Under the pieces are notes generated by a model, which worked only from the letters and a program-made list of their open reading frames with translations, ran no database searches and had not been told where the DNA came from. Both the position numbers and the translations under genes were made by a program. From Candidatus Eiseniibacteriota bacterium (GTDB lineage: Bacteria; Eisenbacteria; RBG-16-71-46; JABDJR01; JAWXBZ01), in contig JAWXBZ010000226.1 of the NCBI GenBank assembly GCA_034440375.1, forward strand, positions 1 through 20,406: a DNA stretch of 20,406 bases, read 5' to 3'. Positions 1 to 7,267 of the stretch are shown here, piece by piece (positions within the stretch are counted from its first letter, which is position 1; each line of letters begins with the position of its first letter).

Positions 1-2
1 CC

Positions 3-1046
3 CCCACCCCCACGGCGCGCACCTGGCGTGCGACCCCCGACGGCCGGGGCGCCGACTGCCCGACGCCACAGGCGTGCCTTTCGGGAGCGGCCGCCGGTGA
101 CACCATCGAATTTGGCGCCGGCACCTACGACGCCGTGGCCGACACGCTGGTCGATGACGGCATGGGAGGGACGGTCACGGCAATCCTCGTGGCCCGGCGT
201 TCGACAATTCTCCGGGCGGCCCCCGGCGCGGACGTTCGGATCAACGGCCTGTGGCAACCGGGGCGTATCGGCCTGGTCATTCCGGCCGGTAACGACACGA
301 TCGAGGTTCGCGGGCTCCGCTTTGACAACTGCGACGCCGGCATCCGGGCGACCGATGTCACCGTCCGCATCGAGGATTGCGAATTCGTCTCCGGACAGCA
401 TGGCCTGGTGGCGGACGGCGCGGCTCTCGATATCCGGCGCACCAACTTCATGGAGTTCGCCGCCGAGGCCATGGTCCTCCGGGCGTCTTCGGGATCGATG
501 TCCGGCTGCGAATTCTGGGGGAACAACTATGGCGCGTACATCGCCGGCGGTCGCGCATTTCGGATCGAGAACACCCTGATCGCTTTCTGCTGCCTGACCG
601 GGCTTCGCATCGAGGAAGGGGGCACCGTCACCCTGTCCAACGTCACGCTGACGGGGGCGGGAATGGTGCCAGATGATTCGACTGGCATCGTCGTGGCCGG
701 CGGCGCCCGCGCCGTCATCGAGCGCTGCGTCATCGCGAACAACCGGGGTTTCGGCATCGATTGCCGTTCCGGAGGAACGGTGGAGGTGCGCTGCTCCGAT
801 ATTTTCAATCACTCGTCGGGCAACTATCGGGGATGCCCTGATCCGACCGGCACGCAGGGAAATCTGTCGGCCAATCCGCTGTTCTGCGCACCCGAAAACC
901 TCGACTTTCATCTGGGACCCGGCAGTCCCGCCCGATTGGCGGCCTGCGGCCCCATGGGCGCCTTCACGGATGTTTCGTGCGGGGCCCTCAGCCCGTCGTC
1001 GTGGCGCTGGTCGGTTGCCCTGGACGGGTTCCCCGCGCGCGACTGA
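3..1046 (+). CDS. Right-handed parallel beta-helix repeat protein (pectin-lyase-like fold), probably secreted; 5'-truncated by the window edge
   Basis: The frame of ORF 135..1046 is open back to base 3 and reads PTPTARTWRATPDGRGADCPTPQACLSGAAAGDTIEFGAGTY, the usual N-terminal cap of these proteins. The body has repeating beta-helix rungs (IEDCEF, IRRTNF, MSGCEFWGN, IENTLI, LSNVTL, IERCVIANN) and a C-terminal GNLSANPLFC...DFHLGPGSPA module. It is paralogous to 2651..3928. Confidence 0.85.
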   Translation, partial: PTPTARTWRATPDGRGADCPTPQACLSGAAAGDTIEFGAGTYDAVADTLVDDGMGGTVTAILVARRSTILRAAPGADVRINGLWQPGRIGLVIPAGNDTIEVRGLRFDNCDAGIRATDVTVRIEDCEFVSGQHGLVADGAALDIRRTNFMEFAAEAMVLRASSGSMSGCEFWGNNYGAYIAGGRAFRIENTLIAFCCLTGLRIEEGGTVTLSNVTLTGAGMVPDDSTGIVVAGGARAVIERCVIANNRGFGIDCRSGGTVEVRCSDIFNHSSGNYRGCPDPTGTQGNLSANPLFCAPENLDFHLGPGSPARLAACGPMGAFTDVSCGALSPSSWRWSVALDGFPARD

Positions 1047-1761
1047 CGCAAATCGCACCGACCGTCATCATGCCGATGCTGATCCATTGGGCCAGGGTAA
1101 GCCCGGCCGCGAGCGGCTCGTTCGTCCGGTAGAACTCCACCAGGAAACGCTCAGCGCCGGCGATCAACAGGTAAAGCCCGAACGGCAGTCCCGTGCCAAG
1201 ATGGTGGTCCTTGAATCGGGACAACAGCACGAAGATGAGGACGCCCCCCAGGACTTCGTAAAGCTGAGTGGGGTGCACCGGCGTGGTCGTTGGCGGAGTT
1301 CCCTTCGGGAAAGCCATCGCCCACGGGACGGAGGCGGGCCGGCCGTAGTCATCGCCGTTGAGGAAGCATCCAAAACGGCCGATGGCGTAGGAGAGGCCGA
1401 GCATCGGTGCCGTCAGATCGCACAGCCACAGGAGCGGCACGCGGCGCCACCGCGCCACGGCCAGCGAGCCGATGATGCCGCCCAGCAATCCCCCGTACCA
1501 GGTGAGACCTGAACCTGAAAAGATCATCGGGATGGGATCGGCCACGAGGTCCGACCAGTGGTCGATCAGGAAATAGATCTTGGCGCCGAGTATTCCGCCA
1601 ACCATGGCGCCGAGCCCCAGCTCGCTGGCCCGATCCGGGTCCTTGCCCATGCGTCGAAACCGCCGGGCAACCAGAAGCGTGGCCGCCAGGAACGCCAGCG
1701 CCATCATGAGGCCGAACGAATGAAGCTTGAACGGGCCGATCTGGAAGAGGACGGGAATCAT
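988..1761 (-). CDS. lgt: Prolipoprotein diacylglyceryl transferase family protein
   Basis: MIPVLFQIGP start, several TM segments, GLTWYGG, Lgt signature-like IGRFGCFLNGDDYG, PWAMAFP, HPTQLYE and RFLVEFYR motifs. Confidence 0.92.
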   Translation of the reverse strand: MIPVLFQIGPFKLHSFGLMMALAFLAATLLVARRFRRMGKDPDRASELGLGAMVGGILGAKIYFLIDHWSDLVADPIPMIFSGSGLTWYGGLLGGIIGSLAVARWRRVPLLWLCDLTAPMLGLSYAIGRFGCFLNGDDYGRPASVPWAMAFPKGTPPTTTPVHPTQLYEVLGGVLIFVLLSRFKDHHLGTGLPFGLYLLIAGAERFLVEFYRTNEPLAAGLTLAQWISIGMMTVGAICVSRARGTRPGQPTSATTTG

Positions 1762-1770
1762 CGCGGGGCG

Positions 1771-1799
1771 ACTCTAGCAGTCTGTCGACCAATGGTGAA
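1771..1799 (-). promoter_or_regulatory. Putative sigma70-type promoter for lgt (near-leaderless)
   Basis: Minus strand: TTCACC (1799-1794), 17 nt spacer ending in TGC (extended -10), then TAGAGT (1776-1771). The ATG is 9 nt downstream and there is no Shine-Dalgarno. Confidence 0.5.
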
Positions 1800-1812
1800 G
1801 TCACATTCAGCG

Positions 1813-2670
1813 TCAGGCTCCCGATTGACGGAGTATCCACCGGGCGATGTCATTGAAAATCGGTTCGCGATCCAGTTCGACAAGAAGGCCGTGCAACCGG
1901 CCGGGATATTCAACCAGCGTGCGGGAGGCCTCGGGAAGGCCCTGGAACCAGGCCTTCGTGGCCGCGGAGTCGATCATCGAATCATCGCCGGGCAGGAAGA
2001 CGGCCACCGGCAGCTTGAGCGTCGGCGCCGCCCTGATGGCCCGGGCCGTCACCGGCAGCCAGGCAAAATAAAATTGAGCCGTGATGCGCCGCACCTCCAG
2101 CGGATCCGCTTCCAGGATCCGGATAATTTCCGGATCGCGGGTGAATTGGTGGGGCTCGAATGGGACATCGTAGTACTTGCGTCGTCGGATCAGGACGTGA
2201 AACAGCGCGTCGAGCTTCTTCCAGAGCGGTACGTGGAGGCGATCCTTGAGGGCCGGTGCCAGCAGCAGGAGTCCCGACAGGAGTGCCGGCCGTCGGGAAA
2301 CCCAGTCGATGGCGATGGCGGCCCCCATGCTCTCGGCCAGGAGGAACACCGGGCGGCGTGAATTTTCAGCCATGACGCGCGCCACCAGCGTCTCGATCAG
2401 GTCAAATATCGGCTCGAAGGAATCGAGATGTCCCTTCGGTCCCGACGAGTGCCCGAAGCCCGGCAGATCGGGGGCGTAAACTGAAATCCCCATTCGAGAC
2501 CAGTGGTGCCCGCATTCGTGGAATCGATCCGAGTGTCCACCCAACCCGTGGAGGACGATGACCGCGGCCACCGGTTCCGTCGCGGGCCACGCACGATAGA
2601 CAATGGACGCCGGTGGACGACTGCCCCCCGCGCTGCTTACGATTGTCTGGATGTCACCCGAACCGATCAT
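1813..2670 (-). CDS. Alpha/beta hydrolase, lysophospholipase/monoacylglycerol lipase-like (Hydrolase_4 type)
   Basis: YRAWP, VLHGLGGHSDRF, DLPGFGHSSG.KGH, nucleophile elbow AESMG, candidate triad Asp in GDDSMID and His in RLHGL. The start is placed at ATG 2670 (GGGGA upstream) rather than 2787. Confidence 0.88.
   Translation of the reverse strand: MIGSGDIQTIVSSAGGSRPPASIVYRAWPATEPVAAVIVLHGLGGHSDRFHECGHHWSRMGISVYAPDLPGFGHSSGPKGHLDSFEPIFDLIETLVARVMAENSRRPVFLLAESMGAAIAIDWVSRRPALLSGLLLLAPALKDRLHVPLWKKLDALFHVLIRRRKYYDVPFEPHQFTRDPEIIRILEADPLEVRRITAQFYFAWLPVTARAIRAAPTLKLPVAVFLPGDDSMIDSAATKAWFQGLPEASRTLVEYPGRLHGLLVELDREPIFNDIARWILRQSGA
2614..2643 (+). promoter_or_regulatory. Putative promoter for a leaderless beta-helix gene, lying inside the opposite-strand hydrolase CDS
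   Basis: TGGACG (2614-2619), 18 nt, TACGAT (2638-2643), 7 nt, ATG 2651; no Shine-Dalgarno. Confidence 0.45.
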
Positions 2671-3928
2671 CGCAATCCCCCGCCGCGCCGCATGGATTCT
2701 GGCCGGCCTATTCCTTCTGGCGGGCGCCCGAGACGCCCCCGCCCGTGTCTGGCAGCTCGTGCCCGGCGGCGGCGATGCCTCCGCCATTCAGATCGCCGTC
2801 GAGTTCGCCGCGGACGGCGACACGATCGATCTCGCTCCCGGGTTCTACAGCGAGGCGACCTCGGTCGTCAACAAGACGCTCCTGATCCGGGGCGCCGGCC
2901 TCGATGTCACGACGTTGAGCCTCGGCGGCCATGGCCATACGGTGGCCCTGCGCGGCGCCAACAACTTCACCGAACTGCGCGATCTGACGATTCAGGACGG
3001 TAGTGCGAATTCCCGCGGCGACCTGCTGGGAGGTATCTACGGCGGCGGAGTGCTGGGCGAAGAAGCCTACTTCGCGCTGATCCGCTGCCGGATCGCGAGC
3101 AACAGTTGCGAGAGTCTCGGCGGCGGCATCTACGCCACGGCCGTCTCGTTTGATCACGAATCCGGGAACTCCCCGCGACGGGGTCCGCGATCGCCGGGTC
3201 ACCGGCCGGTACCCCGGCCTGGCACAAATCCCCTGGGCATCATCCGCGATCATGTCCTCCTGAGTGAGTGCTTGATCGAATCGAACTTCGGCGGCTCGGA
3301 GGGTGGCGGCATCTGCATGGAGCTGGCCTTTTTTCGCATCGTGGATTGTGTCATCCGGGGCAACTTCGCCGGCCAGGGGGGGGGCGTGGCCCTCATCAAT
3401 TCGGTCGGCGAAATGACCGGCTGCCTCATCGATAACAACGAGGCGCTGCTCGATGGCGGCGGCGTCAAGCTGGATACGGGGCTGGCGATGCCACCGCCGA
3501 CCGTGCGCGTATCGCAGTGCACCATCGTGCGCAACCGGTGCGACCGGTACGGATCCGGCGTCGCGCTGACCAGTGGTGAAACCATCGAGATCAGGAGCAA
3601 TCTGTTCGACGGCCAGACCGGCTCCGCCTTCTCGGTCATCGGATGCGCCAACGCGGCAGTTTATGCCGGAGGCTGCAATCACTTCGGCGTCAACGCCTCG
3701 CCGCCGGTGGATGGATGTCCATTGATCGCGACCGACACGACCGGCCCTCCCCTCTTCTGCAATTCACCTGTTGGCGACTGGCGACTCTGTTCAAACTCAC
3801 CGGCACTTCAGACCTCCCCGGGTTGCAACCTCTACCGGGGGGCCTTCTTCGTCGGCTGCACCGGCAATGATTGCGCCACCGCCGTCCTGCCGACCACGTG
3901 GAGTGCCATCAAGAGTCTCGCTCGCTGA
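2651..3928 (+). CDS. Secreted right-handed parallel beta-helix repeat protein with C-terminal TTWxxIK tail
   Basis: Signal-peptide-like MSPEPIIAIPRRAAWILAGLFLLAGARDAPA, cap ARVWQLVPGGGDASAIQIAVEFAADGDTIDLAPGFY, repeated N-x(4-5)-GGG[IV] rungs (YGGGV, LGGGIY, EGGGIC, QGGGV, DGGGV), a PPLFC...DWRLCSNSPA module, and the ending TAVLPTTWSAIKSLAR. Confidence 0.87.
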   Translation: MSPEPIIAIPRRAAWILAGLFLLAGARDAPARVWQLVPGGGDASAIQIAVEFAADGDTIDLAPGFYSEATSVVNKTLLIRGAGLDVTTLSLGGHGHTVALRGANNFTELRDLTIQDGSANSRGDLLGGIYGGGVLGEEAYFALIRCRIASNSCESLGGGIYATAVSFDHESGNSPRRGPRSPGHRPVPRPGTNPLGIIRDHVLLSECLIESNFGGSEGGGICMELAFFRIVDCVIRGNFAGQGGGVALINSVGEMTGCLIDNNEALLDGGGVKLDTGLAMPPPTVRVSQCTIVRNRCDRYGSGVALTSGETIEIRSNLFDGQTGSAFSVIGCANAAVYAGGCNHFGVNASPPVDGCPLIATDTTGPPLFCNSPVGDWRLCSNSPALQTSPGCNLYRGAFFVGCTGNDCATAVLPTTWSAIKSLAR

Positions 3929-5156
3929 AACGGCCGGCCGCCGCCAGCAATACCAGGATCGGCATGACCGGAAAGAAGTAGCGTGCCCCCCCAAGGAAAG
4001 CCAGGTGCACGACGACCCAGAGGCCGATCGCGAGGCTGCCGAAGAGGACGGCCGGGTGGTGACGCCGCCGAATCAGGGCCAGGAGCGCCAGCCCCCAGAG
4101 CGCAACGTGCACCAACTGGTCCAGAATCAGCAGGCCGAGCGCCAAAGGCAAGGGCCACTTCGCCCGGAGCTCCGCCCGATAGGTCAGGAGTGGGGCCGGC
4201 AGCGTCAGCCGCACCAGCTTACGCGGCAGAATCGACAGGAACTCGAGCGGCCTCGCCTGAATGAATTGAAGGCCGCGACGGTATCCCTCGCGGTCGTCCG
4301 CCACCTCATCACCGGTATCGGGCAGGCCACCCGGCGGCACATGGCGCGCGCCGGTCGCTCCGGCATGATTGCCCATCAGGAAATTCATGCCGCCATCGTT
4401 TGCCACCAGCACCCACCGATCGAAGACGCCATGATTGCGGATGGCCCACGGGGCAACCGGAAGAAGGAGGCCCAGTCCAAACAGGAGCGCGGCCACGATC
4501 GACGCGCCCGGCGTGGCCTTCCGGCCAAAGCGCGCCCAGGCTCCGGCCAGGAGCGGAAAGACCAGCGCCGGCCCCCGCACGAGCGTCGCCGCGCCCATCA
4601 ACAAGCCGGCACCGACAAACCGGGCACCCGACGCGAAAACCGGCCCCGGGGAAAAAGTCGGCATGGTTGCCAGGACCGCGAGCGACCCGATGAAGAGAGC
4701 GGTGAAGGCCGGCTCCGACATCAGAAGGGCCGGGTAGACCACCTGGTGAGGCGAAAGCGCCAGGACGAGCGCGGCGAATCGCCCCGACCGCGCCCCGAGG
4801 AGTCCGCGAGCCATGGCCCACCCCCCCGCCACGATCGCGAGGCTGAACAGAAGATTGACCATCTGCCCGCTGCGCGCCGACTCGCCGCCGATTCGATACG
4901 CAAGCGAGAGAATCAGCGGCCAGCCAATCGGAAAGAAGGCGGTCGGTTGCCCCCCCCACTGATAACCCTGGCCTTTGGCGAGTGAACGGGCGCCCTCATC
5001 GTAGAAGGCCGTGTCCTCTGTATTACCGACAAGTGGAAACACCGGAAAGGCCAGTAGTGCCGCCAGACGCAACAGGACTCCGAGGAGGAGAAGCAGCGGA
5101 AACGCCCGGCCATCCAGGACGGCGTCGGTGGGCAGGGCCAGCCGCGAGGTGCTCAT
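3909..5156 (-). CDS. ArnT/PMT-like multi-pass membrane glycosyltransferase (GT-C fold, GT39/GT83-like)
   Basis: TM1 followed by EDTAFYDEGARSLAKGQGY...PTAFFPIGWP, then LMSEP, LVRG, PWAIRN...GGMNFLMGN and terminal ARYFFP; many hydrophobic segments. The start is placed at ATG 5156, 4 nt after the phosphatase stop. Confidence 0.85.
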   Translation of the reverse strand: MSTSRLALPTDAVLDGRAFPLLLLLGVLLRLAALLAFPVFPLVGNTEDTAFYDEGARSLAKGQGYQWGGQPTAFFPIGWPLILSLAYRIGGESARSGQMVNLLFSLAIVAGGWAMARGLLGARSGRFAALVLALSPHQVVYPALLMSEPAFTALFIGSLAVLATMPTFSPGPVFASGARFVGAGLLMGAATLVRGPALVFPLLAGAWARFGRKATPGASIVAALLFGLGLLLPVAPWAIRNHGVFDRWVLVANDGGMNFLMGNHAGATGARHVPPGGLPDTGDEVADDREGYRRGLQFIQARPLEFLSILPRKLVRLTLPAPLLTYRAELRAKWPLPLALGLLILDQLVHVALWGLALLALIRRRHHPAVLFGSLAIGLWVVVHLAFLGGARYFFPVMPILVLLAAAGRFSERDS

Positions 5157-5160
5157 TCGT

Positions 5161-5844
5161 TCAGCCAACCCGGGACGCCGTGACGCCGTTGATCGCCTCT
5201 TCCAGTCCCTCGAGGTGGGCGGTCCCGTTCCAGAGCCGGAGTGCCCACCCATCCTGAAACGGTTCGAAGATGGAAATCGAGGCGTTATCCTGACGAAGAC
5301 GTCTGGCCGACTCGAGCGGCATGCCGAGGAGGTGCGCGGCGAGGAGTCGATTGATGCCGCCGTGAGCCACAACGAGGAGCGCCCCCTCCCCATTCATTTC
5401 GGAGAGGACGGCTTCGAGGAGCGGCGTCGCCCGCCGCTCTGCCATCGCCATCGACTCGCCGCCCGGAATCGGCGTCTCGGGATCGTCGAACCAGCTTTGG
5501 AACCGCTCCCGGTCATCGGCGCGGATGTCGAGGTAGGGGCGCCCCTCCCACTCGCCGCAGTGATACTCGCGAAGCTCCGGGTGGCTGCTGACGGGAAGCC
5601 GGTGGGGCTCCGCCACCCGTTCCGCCGTCTCACGCGCCCGGGCGAGATCGGAGGTGATGATGCGGCCAATGGCATGGGAGGCAAGAGCCAGGCTGAGTCG
5701 AGACGCCTCTGCGCGCCCCGAATCGGACAGGGGAATGTCGGTCCACCCCTGCACCAGGCCGAGCCGATTCCAATCGGTAACACCATGGCGAACGAGGATC
5801 ACGGGAACCCTTTGCTCCGGGTGAGCGTTCGACGGGCCGGTCAT
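5161..5844 (-). CDS. Histidine phosphatase family protein (phosphoglycerate mutase-like; CobC/GpmB-type)
   Basis: LVRHG.TDWN, QGWTDIPLS, SDLARARETA, LREYHCGEWEG, GGES, VAHGG, NASIS. ATG 5844 is preceded by GAGGAAGG. Confidence 0.93.
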   Translation of the reverse strand: MTGPSNAHPEQRVPVILVRHGVTDWNRLGLVQGWTDIPLSDSGRAEASRLSLALASHAIGRIITSDLARARETAERVAEPHRLPVSSHPELREYHCGEWEGRPYLDIRADDRERFQSWFDDPETPIPGGESMAMAERRATPLLEAVLSEMNGEGALLVVAHGGINRLLAAHLLGMPLESARRLRQDNASISIFEPFQDGWALRLWNGTAHLEGLEEAINGVTASRVG

Positions 5845-5984
5845 GGCCTTCCTCATTCTGGAGCAGAGAGACTGGAGCCATCGACGACCGCCTTCCGGCA
5901 ACCGCCGGCGGGGCAACTGGATTTGCCGGGCCTCGAAAGCTACCATCAGCCCCATTCGTTCGCCAACCGCAAGGATTCCTGAAC

Positions 5985-7235
5985 ATGACTGACTCGATTC
6001 AATTGCCTGTCCGATACCCCGCCTGGTGTGCTGGCCTTCGCGCCATCGGGATCCTGTGCTATCTGCTGCTTGCCGTGGTGCCGTCGGCTCGGGCCGCCCA
6101 GTTGGAATTCTTCGCTTCCGAAGAGGAACTCGAAAGGGAGCGCACCATCGATCACCTGGCCGTCCAAACGCGCGATGGCCTGGAGATGCTGGCGCGCTGG
6201 TACATCCAGGGGAGCATGACCCCAATTCCCGATCCGACGGTGGCGGAATTCCTGTATGCCCGCGCCACCCACCGCGGTGAATCGAGTTGGCGGGATGCGG
6301 CCCTCGGCATGACCGGAAGCTGGGCCGGCCTCCACCTCAACGATTTTCTGAAATGGGGGGCGGTTGATTCCGTCAGGAGCGATATCCCGCTCCTTGCAGA
6401 CGGCAAACCCCGCAAGATCAAGACGCTGGCCGGGCAGGCGGCCCTGGTGCATCTCTTCACCATGGCCTGGCAGGTGAGCGACAAGGAGATGTTTCGACGC
6501 GCCGCCACGCGCACGGCGGACGATCTGGTCGGCTGGAGTTTCCGGGGGGAGACACTCCTTGCCTGGACCTCCAACGACCCGGACACGCTGGCAGGACCGG
6601 CGGCCACCGCAGACGAGATGGGAAGCGCCTCGGCGCAACTGGTCGAGGCGGCGGTGGTTTTCCAGGAATTGCGATGGGCCCCTGAATGGCTGGTCCCCCT
6701 GGTGCCCGAGCCGGCCCCGTGTTCCCCGGAGCCGGTGGGCATGCCTTCGTCACCGGCCGACACGATCGCGGCCGCACGCTCGGCGCTGGCCCTGATGCGC
6801 TACGGCAACTGGACGCATTCTGATTCTCTCCTCGAACACGCGGCCTCGTACCTGACGCCGCTTTCGTTGGCGGGCACCGTGCCAACGCATGACATGCCAC
6901 TCTTCGTCGCCCGCGCCACCGCCGGATTGACCCTCGAACTGCTGGCGCGGCCCAGTGTCATGGCCTACATCGTGGGCGAGCCCACGGACCCCGCCACGCG
7001 CGCGCTGCGCGATGCGGCCATTCGGGCCTGGCGACCGGGTCGTCTGGTGCAGGTCCGATCGGCCGACGCCCCCGACCTGCTGTATCCGCCGTCCGGTGAT
7101 GACAAGCCGCTTGCCTATGTCTGTTCGGGTGAACTTTGCGCCCCCCCGACATCGGATGCGGCCGAGGTCAACCAGCTGGTCCGTACTTTCTCGCTTCCGG
7201 ATCCGCCGGCAGTGACCGCACCCACGGGTCATTAG
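5985..7235 (+). CDS. Secreted hypothetical protein, degenerate YyaL/SPATA20-like (six-hairpin glycosidase-like) without the thioredoxin domain
   Basis: AAGGA upstream; signal peptide ending SARA; KTLAGQAALVHLFTMAWQ resembles YyaL KMLYDNA...; C-terminal AYVCSGELCAPP matches the YyaL AYVCxxxxCxxP motif. Family recognised from memory. Confidence 0.6.
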   Translation: MTDSIQLPVRYPAWCAGLRAIGILCYLLLAVVPSARAAQLEFFASEEELERERTIDHLAVQTRDGLEMLARWYIQGSMTPIPDPTVAEFLYARATHRGESSWRDAALGMTGSWAGLHLNDFLKWGAVDSVRSDIPLLADGKPRKIKTLAGQAALVHLFTMAWQVSDKEMFRRAATRTADDLVGWSFRGETLLAWTSNDPDTLAGPAATADEMGSASAQLVEAAVVFQELRWAPEWLVPLVPEPAPCSPEPVGMPSSPADTIAAARSALALMRYGNWTHSDSLLEHAASYLTPLSLAGTVPTHDMPLFVARATAGLTLELLARPSVMAYIVGEPTDPATRALRDAAIRAWRPGRLVQVRSADAPDLLYPPSGDDKPLAYVCSGELCAPPTSDAAEVNQLVRTFSLPDPPAVTAPTGH

Positions 7236-7267
7236 GTCAGCGCCACCACTCGGGGCGAACCAATCCG

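Noticed and set aside
3376-4957. Homopolymer tracts (G9 at 3376-3384 in the beta-helix gene; C7 at 4821-4827 and C8 at 4950-4957 in the glycosyltransferase) as phase-variation sites
   Set aside because: All are in frame and encode Gly-rich motifs, and similar runs occur elsewhere (e.g. C7 at 7141-7147). There is no support without read-level length variation.
5845-5984. Short direct repeats (CTGGAGC x2, GGCAAC x2) in the divergent intergenic region; possible operator or small RNA
   Set aside because: Too short and irregular; no recognisable riboswitch or ncRNA structure.
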